NCBI GenBank assembly: GCA_045159875.1 | Contig: CP067995.1 | Coordinates: 2,112,001-2,176,000 of the forward strand | Origin: a cyanobacterium endosymbiont of Rhopalodia gibba | GTDB lineage: Bacteria > Cyanobacteriota > Cyanobacteriia > Cyanobacteriales > Microcystaceae | Reading direction: 5' to 3' | DNA length: 64,000 bases | Shown: in pieces, positions 47,126 through 58,915 of the stretch | Layout of the letters: every line of letters begins with the position of its first letter | How positions within the stretch are numbered: position 1 is the stretch's first letter | Program-made: the position numbers and the translations under genes | The notes under the pieces: generated by a model | The model's database searches: none | The model's input: only the letters and a program-made list of their open reading frames with translations | Told to the model about the DNA's origin: nothing

Positions 47126-48676
47126 ATGGCGCGTTTAGCACTACTGAGCGTATCGGACAAGACTGGAATTATCGATCTGGCTCAACAATTGGTTCATGAA
47201 TTTGACTTTGAGTTAATCAGTAGTGGAGGAACGGCAGATGTCCTACAAGAGGCACGACTTCCCGTCACTAAAGTGAGTGAGTATACCGGCTCACCTGAAA
47301 TTTTAGGAGGACGAGTTAAAACCTTACATCCTCGCATTCATGGAGGTATTTTGGGGCGACGGGATTGGTCAGCAGATGACCGAGACATGGAGTCCAATCA
47401 AATCCGTCCGATTGATTTAGTAGTAGTCAATCTCTATCCTTTTGAAAAAACGATTGTTCAGCCCCATTTTACAATGGCTGAAGCCATTGAGAAAATCGAT
47501 ATTGGTGGACCAACCTTGTTGAGAGCAGCATCCAAAAATTTTGCCCATGTTACGGTCTTATCTAATCCCCAATATTACGATAGTTATCTGCAGGAGTTAA
47601 ATAGAAACAACGGGGAAGTTTCCCTAGGGTTCCGTCAAAAAATGGCGAGGGAGGCTTTTGCTTTGACTCATAGTTATGATGGAGCTATCACTAATTATTT
47701 CATGACTCTCACCTCAGAAACAGAGTCTTCTTTCCCAAGTAATTTTACTCTCTCAGGTACTCAATTTCAATCTCTTCGTTATGGAGAAAATCCTCATCAA
47801 AATGCAGTTTGGTATCAAACTGAAACTCAAGCATCAGGGTGGGCTGCAGCGACTCAATTACAGGGAAAAGAACTCAGTTATAATAACTTAGTGGATTTAG
47901 AAGCAGCGCGGCGTATTATTGCTGAATTTAACTCCGAAGAACCAGCTGTTGCTATTCTTAAACATACCAATCCCTGTGGTATGGCGATAGGAAAGACGTT
48001 GGCTGATGCTTATAGGAATGCATTTGATGCGGATTCAATTTCGGCTTTTGGGGGCATTGTGGCGGTCAATCAACCCTTAGATAAGGATACAGCAAAGCAA
48101 TTAACGAAAACCTTTTTAGAATGTGTGGTCGCCCCGGGATGCGATGAGGAGGCTAAAGCGATTTTAGCTGCTAAATCTAAGATTCGTGTCTTATTATTAC
48201 CAGACTTAATGAGTGGGCCAAAACAGACGGTTAAAGTGATCGCTGGGGGATTATTAGTGCAAGCATCCGACGATCAGATAGATACTCCTGAGACGTGGGA
48301 AATTGCTACAGAAAAGCAACCGACTCCCGAACAATTAGCGGAACTGTTGTTTGCTTGGAAAGTGACGAAACACGTCAAATCAAATGCTATTGTCGTGACG
48401 AAAAATCGTACAACTCTGGGGATTGGTGCTGGACAAATGAATCGGGTTGGTGCCGTCAGAATTGCCTTGGAAGAAGCTGGAAATGAAGCTAAAGGAGGAT
48501 TCCTTGCTAGTGATGGGTTCTTCCCCTTTGATGACTCAGTACGCACAGCAGCAGCAGCGGGAATTGTAGCTATTGTACAACCTGGGGGATCAGTACGGGA
48601 TAAAGATTCTATTGCGGCGGCTAATCAATTAGGGTTAGTGATGATCCTAACCAGGATACGGCATTTTCTACATTAA
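47126..48676 (+). CDS. purH: Bifunctional AICAR formyltransferase/IMP cyclohydrolase
   Basis: ALLSVSDKTG, GRVKTLHP, LRYGENPHQ, KHVKSNAI and SDGFFPF. Confidence 0.98.
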   Translation: MARLALLSVSDKTGIIDLAQQLVHEFDFELISSGGTADVLQEARLPVTKVSEYTGSPEILGGRVKTLHPRIHGGILGRRDWSADDRDMESNQIRPIDLVVVNLYPFEKTIVQPHFTMAEAIEKIDIGGPTLLRAASKNFAHVTVLSNPQYYDSYLQELNRNNGEVSLGFRQKMAREAFALTHSYDGAITNYFMTLTSETESSFPSNFTLSGTQFQSLRYGENPHQNAVWYQTETQASGWAAATQLQGKELSYNNLVDLEAARRIIAEFNSEEPAVAILKHTNPCGMAIGKTLADAYRNAFDADSISAFGGIVAVNQPLDKDTAKQLTKTFLECVVAPGCDEEAKAILAAKSKIRVLLLPDLMSGPKQTVKVIAGGLLVQASDDQIDTPETWEIATEKQPTPEQLAELLFAWKVTKHVKSNAIVVTKNRTTLGIGAGQMNRVGAVRIALEEAGNEAKGGFLASDGFFPFDDSVRTAAAAGIVAIVQPGGSVRDKDSIAAANQLGLVMILTRIRHFLH

Positions 48677-48811
48677 TTTTTGCAAAAAATATTCCAGATT
48701 AATAAATAAGGAAGCATAGATCTTTTCTGGGAGATATCAATGTAGAAACGGAAAAAGTTTAAGCTGTCAGTGGTTGAGTGATTCCGTCCGACTAAAAAAA
48801 ATAGAATGGGA

Positions 48812-51067
48812 CTATCGAGAAACTAGCCCTTCCTTCATATAATTTCTCCATAAGGCCGCTGCTTGACTGCTGCTGCCCCTGGTTGGGGAGTTATCGTCAT
48901 TACCTAACCATACCCCTGTTACCAAATTCTGACTGGGAACATAGCCCACAAACCAAAGATCCACGGCTTTATTGGTAGTTCCTGTTTTCCCTGCTTCTCC
49001 CAGTCCAATACTAGCTGATCTCCCAGTTCCCCGTTGTACAACTCCCCGTAATAAATCAGTCATGGTTTGGGCTAATTGGTGGGAGATTACCCTTCTTCTA
49101 TTGGTTTGATCCCGATTGAGATTATAAATTACTCGACATGTCTGCCAATTATTGACGTCTGAACAGTCTCCCCCGTCAAGGATGCGCTGAATTGCATGAG
49201 GACGGTTCCAAACTCCTTGATTAGCAAAAGTAGCATAGGCTCCAGCCATTTCCAAAACAGTGACTTCACTTTGTCCTAAAATTAATCCTGGTGATCGTGT
49301 TAATGCTGATCCTACTCCCAACCGTTGCGCCATTTCAATCACTCGATTTAACCCTACATCTTGGGCAATTCTGAGGGCGATTGCATTTTCTGACTGTGCT
49401 ATCCCTCGATACATATCTACATCTCCACCACTGCGTTCACAGGATTTGTATCGTTGTCCCATCCAGCGTAGTCCACCACAGGAATAGACTTTTCTGGGGG
49501 AAATTCCTTGTTCAATAGCTGCCGCATAACCGAACACCTTAAAAATTGATCCAGGTTGACGTTTAGCTTGAGTGACGCGGTTAAATTGACTTTGTTTATA
49601 GTCTACCCCTCCCACTAAAGCCAAAATTTCTCCAGTGCGGATATCTAAGGTAACAATTGCTCCTTGGGAAAACTTATATGTTGAGCCGGCAATTTTAACG
49701 TGATTTTGTAGCTCTTTTTCAGCTTTAGACTGTAGCTCAAGATCTAATCCTGTTTCCACAATAAAATTACCTTCTTTCGCTAATTCATTCCCTAAGAGAG
49801 TTCTTAATTCTTTAAAAACGTGACTATAAAGATATGGAGCAATCAAATTTGACAAAGTTTTTCTAGCTTTAGGACTAATTTCTATCCGTGATCTCCGCTC
49901 ACGATCAGCTCGTTCTGAGCTAATCATTCCTAAATTTGCCATACGAGTGATGACACGGTTTCGGAGTTGAACAGAAGTATCATAGTCCTGAACAGGGTTA
50001 TAAAGATTTGGGGCAGGTAACATGGCTACCAGGGTGGCCGCTTCGGAAATTGTTAAATCTCTGGCTGATTTATTAAAATAGAATCGGGCTGCGTCTTCAA
50101 ACCCATAGAGACTGCCCCCTAGATACACTTGATTGAGATAAGTTTTTAAAATTTTGTTTTTACTATAGATAGCTTCTAATTTTAAGGCAACAATCATTTC
50201 TCGTAATTTACGACCGGCTGTATCTTCCCATCCCACTTCAGTAAAGAGACTGCGGGCTAGTTGTTGTGTCAAAGTACTCGCCCCTTGACGAACGCCTTGA
50301 TCTTTTGAATTAATGACTAACGCCCTAACAATTCCATAGGGATCAACTCCAAAATGCCAATAGAAGCGAGTATCTTCTGAGGCAATGAGAGCTTTAGACA
50401 AATAGGGAGAAAAGTCTTGTAAACGGTTAATTTCTTGGTGAGTACTTTGGGTAATGGGGTTTAGGGGAATTTTGTTATCCCTTGCATAGACAACTACTGG
50501 ACCACTAACTCCTGATGGGAGGGGCGTTACATCATATTTACGGCTTTCCCAGATAATAACAACACTGACAAGAGCAAATAGTCCAATGGTTCCGTGAAGG
50601 GTATAGGAAATCAGTCTACGCCAAACAGGAGGAGGACTATGGTAAGCCAGTCTAGCAGTTTTAGCTAATTCTGGAGGTCCAAGGAGAATGACATCTCCAT
50701 GACGTAAGGAAAGATTTTTAATCCGTTGTTTGTTGTGGTAAATACCGTTGGTAGAGTGTTCATCTTCGAGGACAAAATATTGGGGATCGTTTTTGTCACG
50801 GCGGAGAGAACAGTGAACTTGGCTAACAAAATTATTAGCAATGAGGATGTCACAGAATCTCGAACTCCGGCCCAAAATATAGCGATCACCAATTAATGAG
50901 TAGACTTGAGGTTTATCTCCTTCTTTATCTTGTATGTGTAATTCAGGAACTTTTTCCCCTTTTTTGAGAGTTTCAGGACTTAGTCTTCCTTTCCCAAGTT
51001 TTTGTACTACTTGGGTAACCAGTTGACTCAAAGGGTGCTTGGGAAAAGATGGCGGTTTTGAGAACAT
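48812..51067 (-). CDS. Class A penicillin-binding protein (PBP1A family) with N-terminal FHA domain
   Basis: FHA (LGRSS..CDI...VSQVH...STNG), TM, EDTRFYWHFG and GASTLTQQLAR, SxxK (GSIFK), SEN and KTG. Confidence 0.93.
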   Translation of the reverse strand: MFSKPPSFPKHPLSQLVTQVVQKLGKGRLSPETLKKGEKVPELHIQDKEGDKPQVYSLIGDRYILGRSSRFCDILIANNFVSQVHCSLRRDKNDPQYFVLEDEHSTNGIYHNKQRIKNLSLRHGDVILLGPPELAKTARLAYHSPPPVWRRLISYTLHGTIGLFALVSVVIIWESRKYDVTPLPSGVSGPVVVYARDNKIPLNPITQSTHQEINRLQDFSPYLSKALIASEDTRFYWHFGVDPYGIVRALVINSKDQGVRQGASTLTQQLARSLFTEVGWEDTAGRKLREMIVALKLEAIYSKNKILKTYLNQVYLGGSLYGFEDAARFYFNKSARDLTISEAATLVAMLPAPNLYNPVQDYDTSVQLRNRVITRMANLGMISSERADRERRSRIEISPKARKTLSNLIAPYLYSHVFKELRTLLGNELAKEGNFIVETGLDLELQSKAEKELQNHVKIAGSTYKFSQGAIVTLDIRTGEILALVGGVDYKQSQFNRVTQAKRQPGSIFKVFGYAAAIEQGISPRKVYSCGGLRWMGQRYKSCERSGGDVDMYRGIAQSENAIALRIAQDVGLNRVIEMAQRLGVGSALTRSPGLILGQSEVTVLEMAGAYATFANQGVWNRPHAIQRILDGGDCSDVNNWQTCRVIYNLNRDQTNRRRVISHQLAQTMTDLLRGVVQRGTGRSASIGLGEAGKTGTTNKAVDLWFVGYVPSQNLVTGVWLGNDDNSPTRGSSSQAAALWRNYMKEGLVSR

Positions 51068-51515
51068 AGCTTACTATGTTTAGGAATCGGTTAGCTAAAT
51101 TTCTTAAAATTTTCTGTAATCTTGTTAAGAATGTGTTACTAATTTCTTTAACACCACGACCTATCATTGTAACCGCTAAGTAAATAGATATCACTAAAGT
51201 CAAATCTATTTGACTGAGTACTCCATATTTTGCACCTTGATTTCATGAGATTTAAGTCCTTTAATAATTCAGGATTGCAATGCAATGTTGTTGATTTTAA
51301 TCGTTTTGAGAGATTTAGCGATAAAAATTATATAGATTTTCTTAAATAAATGCTAAATCAACAATATTAATACTGATTTACATAGCTATGAAACATGTAA
51401 ATCATGTAAATAGGTGAAGAAACGATGATAGTAATAGAGAAACAATCAGCATTGTTGTTCGGGATTTTTAAGTCGCTCGAATCATTCCAGCTGGCTCTTT
51501 TCGAAGAAACCCTCA

Positions 51516-51835
51516 ATGAAGAGAATTTTTTCTTAGAATTGCTGGTAACTAGCGTGTTTATCGGTTCAATCTCATGATTTGCCTCTCCAGTCAAGGCTCA
51601 AATTATAGAATTGGGTAATGATCTTCGTATCAATTTTTCTAATGAACGCCGTCGCCGTCACGGAATTAACGTAAGAATGTTTCCCGAGAATGGTCGACTT
51701 AATGTAGGAATAGAAGAGGAAAGAAGACCTAAAACGAGAATCAGGCTGTTTGATAAAAATAATTCTTCGCCTATTGATGTTCGTCGGGAGAGACCCGCTT
51801 CTGAGGAAAGAGTTAGGTTTTCTCTTCTTCTCTAA
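51516..51835 (+). pseudogene. Small secreted hypothetical protein with disrupted signal peptide
   Basis: ATG51516 MKRIF, then a frameshift to LELLVTSVFIGSIS*FASPVKA|QIIELGNDLR..., in frame with ORF 51611-51835. Confidence 0.55.
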
Positions 51836-53439
51836 CAGATAAGTGCGGTAAATCTATGATTTTAGTGGCAGAATATGCAGTTAGGGTTTTCCTGTGTTGG
51901 TCGTTAACTAACCTGATTTACTTAAAAGGCCACGCAAATTGAATAAAGTATGTACTTGGTAAGCTCAGAAAAGCTGCAGAACCCTCGTTTTTAACTAAGA
52001 AAATGTGGTGAGCGGAATCTGAATTAATTAAATGCATTGGGAGCATTAGGACACAAAACACAACTTGTTTCGTAGAGGTTTTAGCTATTGCAAATATGAG
52101 TCTTCTCATGTGAATGTCTAAATACGTAGACATGTCGTCAGTGAACATTTGCTTCATTAACAGTAAACCCAGTTCACAATTCTCCGATCCGAACCTTGTC
52201 TGACTGGATCACTATTTACTGAGTTGAGTTACATTTCTCCAATAATTTTGGTAGGTGACAATAACCTTCCGTTTCTATAATTGTAATCAATAGTTTCTTA
52301 AAGATAGTCTCCTTAAAAAGGAGTATGAACTTCTCTAAACACAGAAAAGTAATTCCGCTCAGTAAAAGTTTGTAATGTTTTTAAAAAACATCTTTTCTAT
52401 AATTTACTTTTACTTTCGTCACATTATTGATGTAATCAACCCCAAACTAAAGCCAAAGTTAAAAAGGACTGTAGAACATTTCTTGTTAAATTGGGAATTT
52501 TAGAGATGTTAATAAAACTATTTCATTAGTTCTCTTTGTAAAAAATGAAAGAGAGTTATCAACTCAACCTAAGTTCTTAACTTTATCTAATAAACTACTT
52601 TAGCTAGTGACATTATTTATACTTGCTGATCTAAGATTTTAGATAAATGTTTAGGTAAGAGACTAGTAATTTTTTGGCTTACTAACTTAAAAGAGTATTT
52701 TTTATACCCCAAACCTTAAAAGAAATTTAATTTTGTTTATAAATCCAGCTGATTAAATCTGATTCTAATGTAGGAAATAGATTTAATCTATCAAGAATGA
52801 TTTAACTTTTTGAGAAATTATACTAATTTTAATAATTATTCTTTGGCTAGTTATTGAGTATTTTTTGACTCAATAAGTTTAATAAACGTTAGTAAATGAT
52901 AATTCAAACCTATCTAAGGAATTTTTTACTAAACTACTATAGTAATCTCTTAAGTGACTTGGGTCTATTTTTACCCTCCTTTTTATTATCCTTTAATGGT
53001 CTGTAATAGACTAAAAATTCTGATTACTTCAACTTTAGTCTCTAATTGCTCTTGGGTGCTTCCTAATCATTAAGAAAGAGCACTTTTAAGGATTTCTTTT
53101 GTCTTTTATGTAATACCTCGAACCAACATTCTAAACTTGTTCTTTAGACCGTATTTACTCTTTCATAATAGTATCTATGACAGAATCGGTTAGGTCAAAA
53201 TATTACTCAGATATTACAATTATGTTAAGATATATCGTAGTTTAATTTATTAAAAATAGATAACGTATGTTGTTGGGGGTTTCGAGCTAATCAGCTTAGT
53301 ACAAGTACAGTTTCTGATTAAAGGAAAATGACAGACAAAAGAGTCCGTATTGAGAATAATTGATTTTTGAGTATTGTTTTGATAAATCCTAGAATTCTCT
53401 AAAAAAACGGTTTTTAACTTTTTATGTATTGGAGTATTT

Positions 53440-54070
53440 CCTTTGCTTCATAACAAAGATGTTAAAAAATATAGAATAATTCTGTTCCTGTATGTAAATT
53501 ACCATTATCTAGCTTAAAACAAACCTGTCTAATCCATCAATTAGACCACCTACTTGACTGAGGAAAAAACATATAGATAAGCTGTCTGCCGCATTAGCTA
53601 CCAGTTTAGGATTTGATTGTGATGACAATGTATATATTTTACTTGTTGTCAATGAATTTCGACATTAAGCTTGATAAGCTTGGAAAGCTTTCATTAATTC
53701 GTCATCAAAAGGGTCTGCTACTAAATTATCAATTTGCTCTCCTAAGGAGTTAATAATAAAAGTTACCAACCGAGCTTATGAATTAGAACATAAATTTCTT
53801 GTAACCAAGAATCTGAATTAATTTATGTGGCTTGTTGAGCTTCTCGATGACATTAATGCGTAGGATCGAACAGCAGCTTAGTTATGGGGGGAAAACTCCT
53901 TTATTTAAAACAAAAAGTATAACTTGTTAGTCTATGATTAAATGTGTATATTCTTAAATATAAAAAGTAAAGACTTCATATTTATTAGACAAGCTCTTAA
54001 TCAACTTGCTATGAACTTGCTATTAATTTTGTTGGCAGACTTATCCTAAGATAACGAATGGTCAATATTC
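53440..54070 (-). pseudogene. Cyanobacterial J-domain (DnaJ-like) protein downstream of cysK, decayed
   Basis: SDSWLQEIY..., IINSLGEQIDNLVADPFDDELMKAFQAY, LSQVGGLIDGL and NLHTGTELF match the family C-terminus (ADPFDDELM; YLHTGQELF); the J domain itself is eroded. Confidence 0.75.
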
Positions 54071-55027
54071 ATCATTATTCAGTTGAAACGTTTCTAGACT
54101 CTCGAAGAGGGGAGTACTTAAGTAACGTTCCCCAAAACTCGGTTGAATCATGACAAGTAGTTTGCCTGTATTTTCGGGACGTTGAGCAACTCTAATAGCA
54201 GCAGCTAAAGCCGCCCCCGTAGAAATTCCTGACAATAGCCCTTCTTCTCTAGCTAAGCGACGACTATAAATAATAGCTTCATCATCAGTCACTGTTACTA
54301 CCTCGTTAATTAGCTCCACCTTGAGAACTTTAGGAATAAAACCTGCCCCTATCCCTTGAATTTTGTGACCGCCAGGACTTCCTCCTGATAAGACAGGACT
54401 ATTAGCTGGTTCAACAGCGATCGCCTGAACAGTTGATTTACGTTGTTTAAGTACTTCAGCTACCCCAGTGATAGTTCCTCCAGTACCTACTCCGGCAACG
54501 AGGATATCTACCCGGCCATTTGTATCTTCCCAAATTTCTTGAGCAGTAGTTTGGCGATGAATTTCAGGATTAGCAGGGTTGTTAAATTGTTGCAGCATGT
54601 AGGCATTTGGCAAAGTCTTCACAAGCTCATCAGCACGTCGAATACAGCCACTCATCCCCTCAGTTCCGGGGGTTAACTCTAATTGCGCGCCATAAGCCTT
54701 TAACATCGCCCGTCGCTCTTGACTCATGGTTTCTGGCATTGTCAAAATTAGTTTATATCCTTTCGCCGCTGCGGCCATAGCTAATGCAATTCCTGTATTG
54801 CCGGAAGTAGGTTCAACTAAGAGAGTTTTACCAGCAACAATTAGTCCTTCACGTTCTGCCGCATTAATCATATTTACCCCAATACGGTCCTTTACTGAGG
54901 CAGATGGGTTCATTCCCTCTAACTTCACGACGATCTGAGCCATACATCTCTCTGCTTGAGGAATTTTGTTCAATTGCACTAGCGGGGTCCGACCAATTAA
55001 CTCTGTAATATTGTGAGCAATTCTCAT
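54062..55027 (-). CDS. cysK: Cysteine synthase A
   Basis: [26 protein letters not shown] and HKIQGIG. Confidence 0.97.
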   Translation of the reverse strand: MRIAHNITELIGRTPLVQLNKIPQAERCMAQIVVKLEGMNPSASVKDRIGVNMINAAEREGLIVAGKTLLVEPTSGNTGIALAMAAAAKGYKLILTMPETMSQERRAMLKAYGAQLELTPGTEGMSGCIRRADELVKTLPNAYMLQQFNNPANPEIHRQTTAQEIWEDTNGRVDILVAGVGTGGTITGVAEVLKQRKSTVQAIAVEPANSPVLSGGSPGGHKIQGIGAGFIPKVLKVELINEVVTVTDDEAIIYSRRLAREEGLLSGISTGAALAAAIRVAQRPENTGKLLVMIQPSFGERYLSTPLFESLETFQLNNDEY

Positions 55028-55142
55028 CTTTTTTAAATTGATGTTTACTTACTTTATAATCCTTTCGTTGTAATATTTCTATTGCCTGTTTGATGGCATT
55101 TTTTAGATTTTCTTGACACTTAAGTTTACTCCTCTATTGAGG

Positions 55143-55835
55143 TTATGGCAATTTTTCTTCAATTAACCCTTCAAACAATCCTAGCCCGTCTGTGGAGCCT
55201 AGAAGTAGGTCTGAGGCACGTTCCGGATGGGGCATCATGCCCAAAATATTTCCTTTTCGATTGCCAATTCCGGCAATATTATTAAGAGAGCCATTAGGGT
55301 TTTGGTCCTCATTAATTTCCCCCTTAGCTGTGCAATAACGAAACAAAATTTGTTCGTTATCTTCTAAACTTTTAAGGGTATCTTCTCCTGCATAATAACG
55401 GCCTTCTCCATGGGCGATAGGTAGAGTAATAATCTGTTTTGATGCATATACTTGTGTCCAAGGTAAACGGTTATTTTCAACTCTTACAGGGACTTGGTCG
55501 CAGATGAAATGTAGGTCTCGATTACGAATTAATATTCCGGGTAATAACCCAATTTCCGTGAGGATCTGGAATCCATTACAGATTCCTAACACCCATTTTC
55601 CTTGGTTAGCGTGGATTATGATTTGTTGCATCACCGACGAAAACCGAGCTATCGCCCCACAGCGTAGATAGTCCCCATAACTAAATCCTCCTGGGATCAC
55701 CACCACATCCAAATCAGAAATATCTGTTTCTTGATGCCATACCATACGGGTTGGCTGGTTTAATAATCCTCGAGTAACTGTTGCTACATCACGATCACAA
55801 TTAGATCCTGGAAAAACTACAATACCAAATTTCAT
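55143..55835 (-). CDS. purQ: FGAM synthase glutaminase subunit
   Basis: FPGSNCD, PGGFSYGDYLR, GICNGFQ and MMPHPER. Confidence 0.97.
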   Translation of the reverse strand: MKFGIVVFPGSNCDRDVATVTRGLLNQPTRMVWHQETDISDLDVVVIPGGFSYGDYLRCGAIARFSSVMQQIIIHANQGKWVLGICNGFQILTEIGLLPGILIRNRDLHFICDQVPVRVENNRLPWTQVYASKQIITLPIAHGEGRYYAGEDTLKSLEDNEQILFRYCTAKGEINEDQNPNGSLNNIAGIGNRKGNILGMMPHPERASDLLLGSTDGLGLFEGLIEEKLP

Positions 55836-55841
55836 GGATGT

Positions 55842-56123
55842 TTACCTCGTTGAGGATTGAATCACGTTAACAGCTGTTACCTCAAAAAAATAATTTTCAA
55901 TGACTGAGTTAGCTAATAATTGATCACACATTTGCTCAAGTTGTTCTTTTGCATGGATTTTGCTATTGGCTGTTAGAGTAAGTTCAATGTATTTACCAAT
56001 TCTTACTTTTTCCACCCCTTGATAGCCTAACTGTTTTAATCCGGATTCAACTGCAGTCCCGGCGGGATCTAACACTGATGGTCTAAGGGTAACGTAAATA
56101 CGACACTGGTATTGTTGAGACAT
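55842..56123 (-). CDS. purS: FGAM synthase subunit PurS
   Basis: LRPSVLDPAG, VRIGKYIE and LLAN.VIE. Confidence 0.96.
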   Translation of the reverse strand: MSQQYQCRIYVTLRPSVLDPAGTAVESGLKQLGYQGVEKVRIGKYIELTLTANSKIHAKEQLEQMCDQLLANSVIENYFFEVTAVNVIQSSTR

Positions 56124-56150
56124 AGGATGTTAATTATTGCTAAGATAGTC

Positions 56151-56527
56151 ATAGAAGTTCAATACATTTGTTCTCAAGCGCGAATCCTCCGCTTAACTCA
56201 AGTCTTTAAAATTCTGCTATTTCAACTCCAGTCGAGGATTCATATTTAAAACTCAACAGTGGAGATTAACCCTTGGGACCAGCCACAGTTTATTGTGCTT
56301 TAAAACTTAAAGAAACGATGTAAGCGCAAACCTCAGCCGCTAGAGAGTCTCTTTATAGTTTAATCCTCCATGGTCAATACTGTCTTACCTGTGTTAAGTG
56401 CAGTAGATCTATTTCCATTAATTTTAAGTATCCTCTATATGACCAAAAGGAATAATTAAAGCATTCTCATTATTTTTGAGCCTACTATCCTACCTTAGAA
56501 TTTTTTGGACAATTTTCCCAAAATTAA
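56151..56527 (+). pseudogene. zur: Fur-family zinc uptake regulator (Zur/FurB), decayed
   Basis: CSQARILRL...YLKL...PLGPATVYCALKLK...RESLYSL..YCLTCVKCSRSI...YYPTLEFFG, collinear with cyanobacterial Zur (RSQERIL; GLATVYRSL; GEALYSL; HHLTCLQCG; YHTLEFFGLC). Divergent from purS; start codon lost, stops and a frameshift. Confidence 0.85.
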
Positions 56528-56598
56528 CTTATTGATCCAAGAAACTATTTGTTTTCACAGACTTAGTTTTTAGTCAATCAATTCAACTTTTGACTAGT

Positions 56599-58083
56599 TT
56601 AAAGATTTAACCATTGAGCTACTGTCCCAGGTAAAGGAAGTAAAATAATTATTAGCAATGCTAATGAAAACAACCCTAAGACATCTCGTCTGTCATCTAA
56701 TTCCGTTACATCATTTAGGGCAGTCTGCTCGGAAGTCGGCATAAAAAAGAGTAGGATTGCCCATAGCAAAAACTCCTGTCTAATAATTCCTAAAGCTAAG
56801 ACAAACAATCTAGTAAATTGACCAATAATAATTGCTGTTCGTTGACCAAACATCCCATGAACAATATGTCCCCCATCGAGTTGTCCCACAGGCATTAAAT
56901 TTAGGGCCGTAATAATTAATCCTATATAGCCTGCAATGGCTAACGGATGAAGATGAATTGCTTTTTCAGCAATAAAACTACTCCCAAAAACCAATTTAGC
57001 CAAAATAGCAAATAGAAAAGAAATTCGAGGATCGAATGCTTGTAAACTTAATAAGTTAGACTGCTCAACTAGAGGCACAATTTCTGATAAAGATAGTCCC
57101 CATAATAGAATGGGAACAGTTACAATAAACCCGCCCAAAGGTCCTGCTATACCGACATCAAATAAGGCTTTACGATGAGGGATAGGAGATTTTATCTGGA
57201 TAAATGCTCCGAAGGTTCCTAAGAAAAAAGGGATAGGAATAAAGTAAGGTAGGGTCGTCACAACTTTATAGCGAATAGCAGTTAAATAATGACTAAGCTC
57301 ATGAATTCCTAAAATTATAATTACCCCTAGACTATAGGGTAATCCATTTAATAGTAATCTTAGATTTTCTTGCCATTGTTCTACTGAAATACCAGCTATT
57401 TCAGTCCCAACAATTGTTGTAGTCAATAATGTCAGTAATAGTAACCCTAAAGCAAATAAAGGACGAGTGGTAGGTTGTTCAGCTTCTTTCTGTTGGGATT
57501 TAGCCCACGGATTAGCTACTAAAGCAAAAAAGGGCTGTCCCTGTAGGCTTTCCTGAAAAAGAATCAAAAAGCGATCACCAAATACCTGTTCAATATTAAT
57601 TTTAATTGACTGATAAGCTTTTTCTGGAGCTGTCCGTAACTTTCCTCGACAAAGAATGGCTTGGGGACGATAATCTAAATTTTGCAGGTAATACACTCCC
57701 CAAGGAAAACAATCTCTTAATGACTGTTCCTCGGTAGCGGTAATCGGACGAATAAAAACTGGATTTTCTAGAGTTTTTATCTTTTTTTTAAGGTTAGGGG
57801 ATAAAGAAGAATTCCGACTATCTTGGTTTTCTGTAAGAATACGTCCGATGGAAATTAACCACCCATAGGTAATAAAACAAATAAATAAGGGCAAGATGAT
57901 CCACACCAAGGGAATAGGTTTTTCTTCTCCCATTACCATATACCATACTGTCCAAGCTATCGGAGGAGTCATGACAACTAACCACAATAGCCAAGCAGGG
58001 GTACGAGTGACTGACGTTACCGTGCGCTTAATGAGGATATAAGTAATAATGCTTAAAGTGAGTAACAGTAAAAGTAACCACAT
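56599..58083 (-). CDS. Site-2 protease family (M50) membrane metalloprotease, EGY-like
   Basis: HELSH (HExxH), GTFGAFI, AGPLGG and NLMPVGQLDGGHI. Confidence 0.93.
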   Translation of the reverse strand: MWLLLLLLTLSIITYILIKRTVTSVTRTPAWLLWLVVMTPPIAWTVWYMVMGEEKPIPLVWIILPLFICFITYGWLISIGRILTENQDSRNSSLSPNLKKKIKTLENPVFIRPITATEEQSLRDCFPWGVYYLQNLDYRPQAILCRGKLRTAPEKAYQSIKINIEQVFGDRFLILFQESLQGQPFFALVANPWAKSQQKEAEQPTTRPLFALGLLLLTLLTTTIVGTEIAGISVEQWQENLRLLLNGLPYSLGVIIILGIHELSHYLTAIRYKVVTTLPYFIPIPFFLGTFGAFIQIKSPIPHRKALFDVGIAGPLGGFIVTVPILLWGLSLSEIVPLVEQSNLLSLQAFDPRISFLFAILAKLVFGSSFIAEKAIHLHPLAIAGYIGLIITALNLMPVGQLDGGHIVHGMFGQRTAIIIGQFTRLFVLALGIIRQEFLLWAILLFFMPTSEQTALNDVTELDDRRDVLGLFSLALLIIILLPLPGTVAQWLNL

Positions 58084-58233
58084 AGTTATCTATTGAAGAA
58101 TGTGTCAAGAAATCGTCTTCACCTTTCATGATTGAGACGATTCACTAAATTAAGGAATAATAGAGTCACAAGGCCACACTCAATTTTGAGATTCCCTGTA
58201 ATAAATTAACAAGGATTCTGCTTTTTACCTATC

Positions 58234-58915
58234 ATGTTTCAAAAGACAGTTAGGCTATCTAAACTCCCTCGTCAACATATTCGATGGGTTCCTTGCTTTT
58301 CCCTCCAATAAAGATACTTTAGGCGGGACAGCTTACTTTATTTTAGAAAAAACTGGCAATATCTTGGTGGATTGTCCCGAGTGTAATCAACAAGTTGAAG
58401 ACTTTCTTCAACAACACGGTGGAGTGCGTTGTTTATTTATCACTCATCGTGGTGCTACAAGTAAATCGGTAAAATCCCTAAAAAAAACTTTAAAGTGCTC
58501 AGTTGTGCTCCAAGAACAGGAGGCCTATCTGCTCCCAGAGGCAGTCGTGACTTCTTTCGAAGAAAAAACCTTTCTTAGTCCAAATATTAAAGGAGTTTGG
58601 ACTCCTGGCCATTCCCCAGGTTCTTCTTGTCTTTATTGGAGCTTCCATGGAGGAATTCTTTTCACTCGACGGCATCTTTTGTGTGATCTCTCAGGGACTT
58701 TAAGACCTTTACGGTTAGCCAAAACGTTCCATTGGTTACGTCAGCTAAAGAGTGTTCAGATGTTACGCGATTACTTCAACTCCGGCTCCCTCACTTAGAT
58801 CTGCCCAGGAGTTAATATAGAATTTTTGCTGGAAAAAGGATTAATTGACAGAGCTTATGAGCAATTATCTACTTTAAATTTTGATAATCTTCGCAAAACT
58901 CCAATCAGACGATAA
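58234..58915 (+). pseudogene. MBL-fold metallo-hydrolase, recently disrupted
   Basis: ATG58234 with a frameshift near 58275 to AFPSNKDTLGGTAYFI..NILVDCP; FITHRG; TPGHSPGS; premature TAG at 58796 followed in frame by ICPGVNIEFL..KGLID. Confidence 0.82.

Noticed and set aside
51918..52157. 79-aa ORF or possible Mo-nitrogenase C-terminal-domain remnant
   Set aside because: Only vague similarity in an alternative frame; key Cys/Pro motifs are not recoverable.
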